From NCBI GenBank assembly GCA_964498105.1, contig CAZCGD010000566.1:1-43076 (forward strand): DNA of 43,076 bases. The letters are read 5' to 3'. The notes under the pieces were generated by a model. That model ran no database searches, was not told the origin of the DNA, and worked only from the letters and a program-made list of their open reading frames with translations. Both the position numbers and the translations under genes were made by a program. This DNA comes from an uncultured Streptomycetaceae bacterium. Lineage in GTDB: Bacteria; Pseudomonadota; Gammaproteobacteria; Burkholderiales; SG8-41. Positions 17,809 through 25,851 of this stretch are shown here, in pieces. Every line of letters starts with the position of its first letter. Position 1 is the stretch's first letter.

Positions 17809-18927
17809 TCACTGTGGCCTCCAGATCATGTTGCGCAGCGGGATCACCGTCTGGAACACCTTGTAGCGGTAATGCCGCTCGTCGGCAGTCAGCGTCCATA
17901 CCGGGCCGGTGGTCGTCGGCACGGCCGCGGAATCCTCCCACAGACGGAGGGTGGCCGGACTGACCTCAATCTTCTCGTAGAGGCTCGAGCGCGCGACGAT
18001 CGCGATGCGCACCGCCAGTACCGCCGCCCAGCCGGCGGTGTTGGTGGGGGTGACTTCATCGAACAGGTCCACGATGCCGTCGTTGTTGGTGTCTTTCCCG
18101 TACTGGGCCTGCAACTGGGCGATGCCGTCGTAGAGCGGCATGGCCGTCGCCGACCCAAGCGACTGCGACACCACCTGTGCGTTAGGTAGTGGTACCGAGA
18201 GTGTCTTGATGATCGGCGTGTCGCCGAGGTTGAACACCTTGCCGCTGGTGGTGTAAGCAGTTCCCAACCCGGCGGGATTGTTGTAGCGCGTGGGCACCGT
18301 GGCGCCGGCGGCATTCACGAAAGTGCCTGGCTGGACGTTGAGCCTGGTGCTGTCGCCGGTTGCCGGAGGAACCTCGCTGATTTGCGCCAGCGTGCATGGT
18401 TTACCTGCTTCGGCGAATACCACCACGTCGCCCTTCCTGAATCCGAAGGGGTTGAAGATCTTGAAGAAATCATCGGTGGTTCCAAGGCTGTTGACACCGA
18501 GGGTCACCGGCGCGGGCAGCTGGTCGCCGTTGCCATACATCACCATGATGGTGTCCGGCGAACCGGCGACGCCCGGCGTGCTGCCGGCGCCCTGGGTGAT
18601 GACGACGGGCGCCAGCGTCCACGGCGCAATCGCGGCGCTGGTCTGCTCGTCCCAGCCCTGCGCGGCACACCCCACCAGATCGGCTGCGTTGAATCCGTAA
18701 CCTGACAACCGCACCTCGCGCTCGATCGAGAACAGCGCGAGCGTGCCGTTGGTCTGGGCTTCGCCGCCGGACGTGGTGGTGCGCTTCTGCCCTTCGAAAA
18801 CCGCGAACACCTGGAAGATCGCGAGGCTCGCGATAATGCCGATCGCGGCCGCGACCAGCAGCTCGACCAGGCTCATGCCGCGGGAGCGGCCGCGGGGCGC
18901 ACTGTTCCTGTTTGAAATCCTGTCCAT
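17809..18927 (-). CDS. pilW: Type IV minor pilin PilW (module 2)
   Basis: MDRISNRNSAPRGRSRG|MSLVELLVAAAIGIIASLAIF is a prepilin motif with Glu5. The protein is 372 aa. Confidence 0.8.
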   Translation of the reverse strand: MDRISNRNSAPRGRSRGMSLVELLVAAAIGIIASLAIFQVFAVFEGQKRTTTSGGEAQTNGTLALFSIEREVRLSGYGFNAADLVGCAAQGWDEQTSAAIAPWTLAPVVITQGAGSTPGVAGSPDTIMVMYGNGDQLPAPVTLGVNSLGTTDDFFKIFNPFGFRKGDVVVFAEAGKPCTLAQISEVPPATGDSTRLNVQPGTFVNAAGATVPTRYNNPAGLGTAYTTSGKVFNLGDTPIIKTLSVPLPNAQVVSQSLGSATAMPLYDGIAQLQAQYGKDTNNDGIVDLFDEVTPTNTAGWAAVLAVRIAIVARSSLYEKIEVSPATLRLWEDSAAVPTTTGPVWTLTADERHYRYKVFQTVIPLRNMIWRPQ

Positions 18928-18930
18928 GGC

Positions 18931-19356
18931 TCAACCGTTGATGTAAGCCATTGTGATATGGCGGTGCGCCGCGGAGCCGCCCGGTACTTGCCAGCGGACC
19001 GTCACCGTGACCGTGGTGCCCACTACGGCGACGATCGGGAGGTTGGCCGCGGGGGTGACGCCGGGTAGCCCGTTCTGAATGCTGGTGACCCAGCTATCGA
19101 GCGCGGCCGGCGGCGTGCCAGTCCCGGTAAACGCGTATAAATTGAGGTTGCCGCGGTTCACCCACATGTGGCCGATGATCTCGTTCGCGAAAAAACCGGC
19201 GTCGCTGCGGTACTTGGCGTCCGTCATCTGCTTGATCGCGAGCGCCTGCATGCCGACCAGCGCCAGGATGCCGACCGAGAAGATGAGTATGCCGATCAGC
19301 GCTTCGAGCAGCGTGGCACCCTTCTGCCGCGTGCCTGGTGTAGGGGAGAGGTTCAT
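18931..19356 (-). CDS. pilV: Type IV minor pilin PilV (module 2)
   Basis: MNLSPTPGTRQKG|ATLLEALIGILIFSVGILAL. ATG 19356 has GGAGAA 5-6 nt upstream. ATG 19368 is an alternative start. Confidence 0.8.
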   Translation of the reverse strand: MNLSPTPGTRQKGATLLEALIGILIFSVGILALVGMQALAIKQMTDAKYRSDAGFFANEIIGHMWVNRGNLNLYAFTGTGTPPAALDSWVTSIQNGLPGVTPAANLPIVAVVGTTVTVTVRWQVPGGSAAHRHITMAYING

Positions 19357-19377
19357 AATTTTCTCCATACCGCCGCC

Positions 19378-19923
19378 TTACAGGCAACCGGCCGGTATCG
19401 CGGCCCCGCAAGAGCGCGTATCGGTGGCAGCCACCTGCGGGTCGCACATCCGGACGGCACCGCCGGTCCTGACCATGATGCACAGCTCCCGGCTGTCCGC
19501 GGCGGCGAGCACCGGCGAGTCGATCTTGATTTCGGTAATCGGATTCGTGCCGTCGGCGTTGGCGGCAATAGTACCGAAGCTGTTGAAAGTAACGATATTG
19601 GCGCCGAGAGGCGTAATGGCGACAGCGGCGGCGGACGAGCCTTCCGCGGCAAGCCGGGATTGAATGACCTCGCCGGTGCCGGGCACCCTGGCGGTCCAGC
19701 CGGAGGACACGTCCAGCCTCAGCTCGACGTTGACGTTACGGCGCACCGCCTCGGTGCGCGCGAGCTGCAGCCCGTTCAACAGGGCTTCCCCGGCGGTGCG
19801 GATCTGCGTGTTCTGCAGCCACACGTTGAAGTTCGGCAGGGCGAAAAAAGCCATGATTGCCATGACGGTGATCACGGTCATCAGTTCGATGATCGTAAAG
19901 CCGGTTGTCTTGCTGATGGCCAT
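19378..19923 (-). CDS. fimT: GspH-domain type IV minor pilin (FimT/FimU type, module 2)
   Basis: MAISKTTG|FTIIELMTVITVMAIMAFFALPNF...ARTEAVRRN is GspH/FimT-like. The start lies 1 nt after the pilE-2 stop. Confidence 0.75.
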   Translation of the reverse strand: MAISKTTGFTIIELMTVITVMAIMAFFALPNFNVWLQNTQIRTAGEALLNGLQLARTEAVRRNVNVELRLDVSSGWTARVPGTGEVIQSRLAAEGSSAAAVAITPLGANIVTFNSFGTIAANADGTNPITEIKIDSPVLAAADSRELCIMVRTGGAVRMCDPQVAATDTRSCGAAIPAGCL

Positions 19924-19924
19924 A

Positions 19925-20362
19925 TCAGCAGCTGCCGTCTTTGCGCCGCACCCAGCAGGCGCTGCCCGCGCCGGCCCAGCCCGCGTCGACTGTCGTCGTC
20001 GCGCGCGCATTCGCGTCATTCAAAGTGTAGACGAAGGCGGAAAGGCTCTCGCTGGCCTTGCCGGTGGCGGTTACCGTGTAGGTTTGCGACGGTGCCGCGC
20101 CCGGCGCGCACCCGAAATCGAAATACTTCGAAATCGGCGCTATTGCCCCGCAGCCATTCAGTCCGGCGCCGTCGTAGCGGCGATTGTCCTGGTAGAACTG
20201 CTCCATGCGCACGCGGAAATCGGCGAGCCCGGTGAAAGCCTCGGTGAGCTTCGCGCGCCGCGCGTACTCGTTGTATGCCGGCAGCGCGACGCCCGCCAGT
20301 ATGCCGATGATGGCGATCGTGATCATCAGTTCGATCAGCGTGAATCCGCGTGACTGCTTCAT
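19925..20362 (-). CDS. pilE: PilE-like type IV pilin (module 2)
   Basis: MKQSRG|[37 protein letters not shown] has a short class-a leader. AGGAG lies upstream of ATG 20362. A C-terminal Cys pair is present. Confidence 0.8.
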   Translation of the reverse strand: MKQSRGFTLIELMITIAIIGILAGVALPAYNEYARRAKLTEAFTGLADFRVRMEQFYQDNRRYDGAGLNGCGAIAPISKYFDFGCAPGAAPSQTYTVTATGKASESLSAFVYTLNDANARATTTVDAGWAGAGSACWVRRKDGSC

Positions 20363-20740
20363 TGCTCGCTCCTTTAAGCGTGATGAACGATAGAGGGTTT
20401 CCAGACTGGAATCCAACGTCGTCCGACCGGAGGCCGATACCGGGGAACGAACGGGTTGGTGTGAATTACTGCCGGGATTTTCAAGCAGCCTGTCATAACT
20501 TCCCCAAGCGCTTGATTTGCCGCCCGGAGCGCAGAAGCGCGCCATCGGCGCAAAATCGCGCGCGTGATTTTATTCACGCGGCAGGTGGTTGCGCCAAAGT
20601 GGATCCGCGCAACACCATGACATAGAGGTAGGCTGGCGTGCCATCCGCGGCAGCGCTTCGCCCGTGGCCGTCAGGATGCCCGGCGGGCAGGGCTTCCGGT
20701 GCGTGGCAGAGGGCGTAATTAGACTTGGTCCAATTAGTCG

Positions 20741-20760
20741 TTTAGAATGATTAATCACAT
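20741..20760 (+). promoter_or_regulatory. Fur-box / ICE-like operator candidate overlapping the regulator start
   Basis: The sequence is TTTAGAATGATTAATCACAT. Its left half equals the ICE half-site TTTAGAA, and the whole resembles the AT-rich Fur box GATAATGATAATCATTATC. Confidence 0.3.
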
Positions 20761-21181
20761 GAAGCCAATGCCTTACACGCGGGATAATCTGGCAGAAGTG
20801 CTGCGTCGGCACGGCGTGAATCCGACCCACCAGCGCATCGAGATTGCCTACGCCCTGTTTTCGCGCCAGGAGCACCTGTCGGCCGACCAGATACTGGCGA
20901 TCGTCAACGATCGCCATTCGGAGACGTCGAAGGCGACGGTTTATAACACGCTCAACCTGTTCCTCGAGCAGCGCTTGATTCGCGAGGTGATCGTGGATCC
21001 CAGCAAAGTGTTCTACGATCCCAACACCGAGCCGCATCACCATTTGTACAACGTCGACACCGGCGAGCTGGCGGACATCGACGCCAGCTCGATCGAGATC
21101 TCGGGCTTGCCGCCGCTGCCGGAAGGCATGGTCACCGAGGGCGTGGACATCATCGTCCGCGTCCGCTCCGGCGCATCCTGA
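20747..21181 (+). CDS. irr: Fur-family transcriptional regulator, Irr-like
   Basis: It has a winged-helix core (PTHQRIEIAYALF...ATVYNTLN). An HHH triad (EPHHHLY) and the tail PEG...VDIIVRVR resemble rhizobial Irr. No CxxC pairs are present. ATG 20759 or ATG 20768 are possible true starts. Confidence 0.75.
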   Translation: MINHMKPMPYTRDNLAEVLRRHGVNPTHQRIEIAYALFSRQEHLSADQILAIVNDRHSETSKATVYNTLNLFLEQRLIREVIVDPSKVFYDPNTEPHHHLYNVDTGELADIDASSIEISGLPPLPEGMVTEGVDIIVRVRSGAS

Positions 21182-21220
21182 AACGCGCCTCCAGGCTTTG
21201 TTGTAATATGCGCGCCGTTC

Positions 21221-21296
21221 GCTGCTGTAGCTCAGTTGGTAGAGCGCTTGATTCGTAATCATGAGGTCGCAGGTTCGATTCCTGCCAGCAGCACCA
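21221..21296 (+). tRNA. tRNA-Thr (anticodon CGU)
   Basis: Hand-folded cloverleaf: acceptor GCTGCTG/CAGCAGC, D arm GCTC/GAGC, anticodon loop TTCGTAA, T arm GCAGG-TTCGATT-CCTGC, and an encoded CCA. There is one T-T mismatch in the anticodon stem. Confidence 0.92.
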
Positions 21297-21327
21297 AAAA
21301 AAGATCGCCGGACGGCGATCTTTTTTT
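21297..21327. terminator. Bidirectional intrinsic terminator
   Basis: The sequence is AAAAAA-GATCGCC-GGAC-GGCGATC-TTTTTTT. It lies between the convergent tRNA-Thr and the Bug gene. Confidence 0.7.
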
Positions 21328-21346
21328 AACCAATCCGATAAATTCC

Positions 21347-22459
21347 TCAGTCCTCGCTGATCCCGGCCTTCGCGATGACCTTGGCCCAGCGCGCAAGCTC
21401 GCGCCTGATGTGGGCGTCGAATTCGTCGGCAGTGCCGCCGATCGGGATCACCGCCTCTTCGACGAGCTTGCCGGTGATTTCGGCGGAGCGGGTGGCGGCG
21501 GCGATCTCCCGCGACAGGCGTTCGATGACGGGGCGCGGCGTCCTGGCCGGCACGACGATGCCGTACCACGATCCGGTTTCGTAACCGGCCACCCCGGCCT
21601 CGGCCACGGTGGGGACATTGGGGATGGCCTGCGAGCGCTGCGCGCCGGTCATGGCGATGGCGCGCAGCCTGCCGGCTTTTACCTGCGGCAGCATGGTGAC
21701 CGCGCTGGAGAACGCGAGTTGCACCTGACCGGACATGAGGTCGGTGAGCGCCAGCGCCACCCCCTTGTACGGGATATGCACCAGGCTCGTCCCGGTCATC
21801 ATCCCGAACAGTTCGACGGCAAGGTGGGAGGAACTGCCCGGCCCGTTGGAGGCGTAGTTGATGGCGTTGGGCTTGGACCTGGCGAGCGCAACCAGCTGCT
21901 TCACCGAGGTGATCGGCAGCGACGGGTGCACCACCACCAGCAACGGCGCCGACGCGATCAGGCTCACGCCGTGAAAATCGCGGACCGCATCGTAGGGCAG
22001 CTTCTTGCGCAGATTGGGGTTGATGCCGTGGCTCGCCACGCCGGCGAGGAACAAGGTATAGCCGTCGGCCGGCGCTTTGGCCGCAAGTTCGGCGCCGATG
22101 GTGCCGCCGGCGCCCGGCCGGTTGTCCACCAGCACCTGCTGGCCGAGCGCCGGGGCGAGTTTTTGCCCCATGAGCCGCGCGATGGTGTCGTTGCCGCCGC
22201 CTGGCGGAAACGGGACGATCAGGCGCACGGGGTGCGATGGATATCGATCGGAAGGACCCGACGCCTGTGCAATCAACACGGCGGCTGGTGCCGACTCGCG
22301 GACGGTCGCATCCCGCAAGCGGGAACCCTGCTCCCTGCTCGCGTCAGCCCCGCCGGGCGGGAACGGGACGATCAGGCGGATCGGCTTGGCGGGGTAGTCC
22401 TGCGCCGGTGCCGCGCCGGCGCAGGTGCACAGCAGCAGCACGCGCGCCACGGCCCTCAT
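21347..22459 (-). CDS. Bug-family (tripartite tricarboxylate transporter) periplasmic binding protein with a duplicated N-terminal segment
   Basis: It shows the Bug hallmarks P(I/V)RLIVPFPPGG, VDNRPGAGG and HIPYKG. At 370 aa it is about 45 aa longer than the other two Bug genes here. ATG 22459 overlaps the SDR stop (ATGA). Confidence 0.85.
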   Translation of the reverse strand: MRAVARVLLLCTCAGAAPAQDYPAKPIRLIVPFPPGGADASREQGSRLRDATVRESAPAAVLIAQASGPSDRYPSHPVRLIVPFPPGGGNDTIARLMGQKLAPALGQQVLVDNRPGAGGTIGAELAAKAPADGYTLFLAGVASHGINPNLRKKLPYDAVRDFHGVSLIASAPLLVVVHPSLPITSVKQLVALARSKPNAINYASNGPGSSSHLAVELFGMMTGTSLVHIPYKGVALALTDLMSGQVQLAFSSAVTMLPQVKAGRLRAIAMTGAQRSQAIPNVPTVAEAGVAGYETGSWYGIVVPARTPRPVIERLSREIAAATRSAEITGKLVEEAVIPIGGTADEFDAHIRRELARWAKVIAKAGISED

Positions 22460-23229
22460 AGCGTCCCGGAGATGCCGCCGTCGAGATTGACGCTGGTGCC
22501 GGTGACGTAGCTTGCCGCATCCGATACCAGGAAGGTGATGACATTCGCCACTTCCTCGGCTTCCCCGACGCGCCCGAGCGGTATGTCCCTGGACATCTCC
22601 TTATAGTACGCATCGGCGCTTTTTCCTTCCCGGGTATAACGCCGCTCGTGCTGGCCGGACTTGATCTTGCCGATGCACACCGTGTTGACGCGAATATTGT
22701 CCGGCGCGAATTCCTTCGACAGCGCCTTGGTGATGGCGAGGCCCGCGGCGCGCGAGACCGAGGTCGGCATGGATTCCGCGCCGGGCTGCTTGGCGCTCGA
22801 GATCGTGATGTTGACGATGCGGCCGCCGCCGTTTTTCTTCATGTGCGGCACGGCCAGCCGCGTGCAACGGATGGCGCCGAACACCTTCAGCTCGATGTCC
22901 GCGCTCCAGGTCTTGTCGTCGACTTCGAGAAACTTGCCGCGCGCGGAGGCGCCGGCGTTATTGACGAGGATGTCGATGCGGCCGAAGCGGTCGACGACGG
23001 CTTTCATGAAGCGCTCGATGTCGGCGGCCTTGCTCATATCGGCGGAGACCGCCAATACCTCGGCCCCCGTCTTCCTTATTTCCGCCGCGGTCTTGTCGAG
23101 CGGCTCCTGCCGCCGCGCGCAGATAGCGACATTCGCGCCTTCCCGCGCCAGCTTGAGCGCCGTCGCGCGGCCGATGCCTTCCGTGGCGCCCGTGACAACG
23201 GCAACCTTGCCTTTCAATCCCAGTTCCAC
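22456..23229 (-). CDS. Short-chain dehydrogenase/reductase (FabG-like)
   Basis: GTG 23229 is preceded by AAGGAG at 7 nt. It has a Rossmann TGATEGIGRA motif, NNAG, and a C-terminal VTGTSVNLDGG. Confidence 0.85.
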   Translation of the reverse strand: MELGLKGKVAVVTGATEGIGRATALKLAREGANVAICARRQEPLDKTAAEIRKTGAEVLAVSADMSKAADIERFMKAVVDRFGRIDILVNNAGASARGKFLEVDDKTWSADIELKVFGAIRCTRLAVPHMKKNGGGRIVNITISSAKQPGAESMPTSVSRAAGLAITKALSKEFAPDNIRVNTVCIGKIKSGQHERRYTREGKSADAYYKEMSRDIPLGRVGEAEEVANVITFLVSDAASYVTGTSVNLDGGISGTL

Positions 23230-23458
23230 TGTTCGACTCCTTGAGGAAAACCCCGATTGTAGTTCAAGCGTGCCCGGCCGTAATAGCAGACTGGCGCCGG
23301 GCGCAGGGCGCGGATTGCGCAATCCTGGAACGCCGGGCAGGGCGCGATTGTTACAGCGACTATAGGCGCGCGGCGTCGCCGGTGTGAATATTGACTATTA
23401 CCAAGCGGGCCGAATGGTCGTAGGATAGGGGGAACCGGCCATTGCGAGAGGCGCATCA

Positions 23459-24484
23459 ATGAAGATTACTGCAGTAGGCGTGCTGGCAGCGGGCTTGATC
23501 GCCGCGGGTTTCGTGGTGTCGGCGGCGGCAGCGGCGCAGCCCGGTCCCGAAGTTGCCCCACCCGCCGCCCGCGCCCAGCCGGAAACTTCGGTCGACTCCC
23601 TCTCGGTAGTCAAGGTGAAGAGCAAGGCGGTCGCGAACGCGCGCTCCGGGCGCAGTCTCGGTCCGCAGCGCGAGGGAACCGGCGTGGTGATCGACTCCGA
23701 GGGGCTGGTCCTGACCATCGGCTATCTCATTGTCGAGGCCGAAACGATCGAGCTGTCCACCGCTGACGGCCGCTCGGTTCCGGCCACGGTCGTCGGTTAC
23801 GACAATGCCACCGGCTTCGGGCTATTGAAGGCATTGCGGCCGCTGACGGTCAAGCCGGTGCAGTTCGGGCAATCGGCCGCTATCGGCGAGCGCGAGATGG
23901 TGCTGATCGTCGGCTTCGATGGGGTGGCGCCGGCCTACGTGGTGTCGCGCCGGCCGTTTGTCGGCTACTGGGAATACCTGCTCGATGAAGCGATTTACAC
24001 GGCGCCGGCCACGGTCAACTGGAGTGGGGCGGCGCTGCTCAACCGTGAAGGCAAGCTGCTCGGCATCGGGTCGCTGGTGGTCGGCGACGCGATGGGCACG
24101 CGCACCCAGGTCCCCGGCAATCTGTTTGTGCCGATCGACCTGTTGAAGCCTCTGCTGGGCGACCTCATCGCCACCGGCAAGTCCTCGGCGCGCCCGCGCC
24201 CGTGGATCGGCGTCAATTCCCAGGAAGTCCAGGGCAACGTGATCGTCACCCGGGTTTCGCCGGAGGGTCCCGCCGACGACGCCAGCATCCAGGCGGGCGA
24301 CGTGATCGTCGGCATCGGCGGCCAGCCGATCAAGGGACAGGCGGACTTCTACGCCAAGCTGTGGAAAACCGGGGAGGCGGGCGTCGATGTCCCGCTCGAT
24401 GTGCTGCGCAGCGGCCGTGTCGAGACGATCACGGTCAAGTCCATCGACCGGGAACGCTATTTCAGGGCCAAACCCACTTATTGA
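23459..24484 (+). CDS. Secreted trypsin-like (S1C/HtrA-like) domain plus PDZ protein, probably catalytically degenerate
   Basis: It has a signal peptide, an S1C-like core (GTGVVIDSEGLVLT..., NWSGAALLN) and a PDZ-like C-terminus (GVNSQEV...VTRVSPEGPADDASIQAGDVIVGIGG). The expected His and Asp positions read Tyr and Gly. Confidence 0.75.
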   Translation: MKITAVGVLAAGLIAAGFVVSAAAAAQPGPEVAPPAARAQPETSVDSLSVVKVKSKAVANARSGRSLGPQREGTGVVIDSEGLVLTIGYLIVEAETIELSTADGRSVPATVVGYDNATGFGLLKALRPLTVKPVQFGQSAAIGEREMVLIVGFDGVAPAYVVSRRPFVGYWEYLLDEAIYTAPATVNWSGAALLNREGKLLGIGSLVVGDAMGTRTQVPGNLFVPIDLLKPLLGDLIATGKSSARPRPWIGVNSQEVQGNVIVTRVSPEGPADDASIQAGDVIVGIGGQPIKGQADFYAKLWKTGEAGVDVPLDVLRSGRVETITVKSIDRERYFRAKPTY

Positions 24485-24487
24485 GAC

Positions 24488-24593
24488 AGTTTTGAATGTT
24501 GAATGTTGAATGTTGAGTGCGTAGTGTTGAGTTAAGTGACGCAAACAAGGCGCACCTGACACTCAAAATTCAAAACTCAAAACTCAAAATTTG
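24488..24593. repeat. AT-rich imperfect hairpin element, family A copy 2
   Basis: Left arm heptamers: TTTGAAT GTTGAAT GTTGAAT GTTGAGT GCGTAGT GTTGAGT. Right arm heptamers: ACTCAAA ATTCAAA ACTCAAA ACTCAAA. The element starts 4 nt after the protease TGA. Confidence 0.8.
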
Positions 24594-24625
24594 TTCTAGC
24601 GGGCAAAGCAACTTGCCCGCTAGAA
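24594..24625. terminator. Perfect 13-bp GC-containing hairpin at a convergent gene junction
   Basis: ttctagcgggcaa-agcaac-ttgcccgctagaa. It overlaps the TAG stop (24620-24622) of the acyl-CoA dehydrogenase gene. Confidence 0.5.
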
Positions 24626-25786
24626 CGTGCCCATGCCGGCGACGCCGGTGGCGAGGTCCATCTGCTCGACCAGCTTCTTGCCGACCAGGTTGCGCAGGGT
24701 TTCGGTGGTGCCGCCGCCGAGGCTGCCGTAGCGCGCGCCGCGGAAGTAACGCGAGACCGGGAACTCGTCGGTAAAGCCGTAGCCGCCGTGGACCTGGATC
24801 GCCTCTGATGTTACCCGTATGCTCATCTCGTTGCAGTAGATCTTGGCCATCGCCGCGAGCGTGGGGTCGGGGAACTTGTCGCCGCTGACGGCGGCGCGAT
24901 AGAGCAGCCCGCGCCCCGCCTCGATCTCGACGTACATGTCGGCGACCTTCCAGCGCAGGCCCTGGAAGTCGCCGATCTTCTGCCCGAACGCGGAGCGGTC
25001 GCGCATGTAGCGCACGGCTTCTTCCAGCGCGCCCTCGGCAAGCCCCAGGCAGATCGCTGGATTCAAGCAGCGCTGGGTGTTGAACGCCGACAGCAGTTTT
25101 TTCATGCCGTCTTCCTTCAGCACCAGGTTTTCCAGCGGCAGCTCGACGTTGTCGAAGACCACCTCGGACAGGTACTCGCCGCCCATGGTGTGGAAGCTTG
25201 ACTTGACGGTCATGCCTTTCGCGCCGCCCGGCACCAGCACGCAGCCGATGCCTTTGGCCCCCGGCACTTTGTTGACCCGCGTGAACACCACGAACATCTC
25301 GGCGATGTCGGCGCGCGAGATCAGGGTCTTCACGCCGTTTACGACCACACGGTCGCCCTTGATGTGGGTGTTGGTGGTGTAGCTCGGCACATCGGTGCCG
25401 GCGTTGGGCTCGGTCATGCAGATGGCGAGGATGGCTTCTCCGGTCGCGACGCGCGGCAGGATGCGCCGTTTGATCGGTTCCGGCGCGTAGGTAGAGATGA
25501 CGCGCGTCTGCACACCGAGCTCGCCCAGCGCCGCCATCGCTGTTACGTAGCACACCTTGCCGATCTCCTCCAGCACCAGCACCGTGTCGAGGATGCCGAG
25601 GCCGGAGCCGCCGTACTCCTGCGGCACCGACATGCCGAGCACGCCGATCTCGGCCAGCTGCTTCATGTTCTCCGCCGGCCAGGTGCCGTCGAGGTACTGG
25701 ATCGCCCGCCTCTTGAAGTCTTTCTGGCACACGCGGCGCACGCTGTCCACGAACGCGCGCTGCTCTTCGCTGATGCTGAAATCCAT
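24620..25786 (-). CDS. Acyl-CoA dehydrogenase
   Basis: 388 aa starting MDFSISEEQRAFVDSVRRV. It has ACAD N-terminal, middle and C-terminal domain patterns (EYGGSG, CMTEPNAGTD, IQVHGGYGF..E.PV.RY.R). Confidence 0.9.
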   Translation of the reverse strand: MDFSISEEQRAFVDSVRRVCQKDFKRRAIQYLDGTWPAENMKQLAEIGVLGMSVPQEYGGSGLGILDTVLVLEEIGKVCYVTAMAALGELGVQTRVISTYAPEPIKRRILPRVATGEAILAICMTEPNAGTDVPSYTTNTHIKGDRVVVNGVKTLISRADIAEMFVVFTRVNKVPGAKGIGCVLVPGGAKGMTVKSSFHTMGGEYLSEVVFDNVELPLENLVLKEDGMKKLLSAFNTQRCLNPAICLGLAEGALEEAVRYMRDRSAFGQKIGDFQGLRWKVADMYVEIEAGRGLLYRAAVSGDKFPDPTLAAMAKIYCNEMSIRVTSEAIQVHGGYGFTDEFPVSRYFRGARYGSLGGGTTETLRNLVGKKLVEQMDLATGVAGMGTF

Positions 25787-25851
25787 TGGCTTCGGTCCGG
25801 AAGGGTGGAGGAGGAGTTTGTCCGACTGCGTCCGACAAACTCCTAGTATAG

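Noticed and set aside
20580-20597. Sigma-54 promoter (TGGCGC-N-CTGC on the - strand) upstream of pilE-2
   Set aside because: The GG-to-GC spacing is one nucleotide longer than the consensus, and the -12 region reads CTGC rather than TTGC. No enhancer-binding-protein gene is nearby. The evidence is too weak to call.
21297-23300. Genomic island or integrative element at the tRNA-Thr 3' end
   Set aside because: No integrase, no direct repeat of the tRNA 3' end and no compositional break is visible. The downstream genes are ordinary Bug and SDR genes after a clean terminator.
25812-25844. 11-bp stem hairpin (aggagtttgtc / gacaaactcct) upstream of the acyl-CoA dehydrogenase start
   Set aside because: It has no flanking U-tract and no recognisable riboswitch context. 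It might belong to the decayed Bug gene remnant next to it. There is not enough evidence to assign a function.
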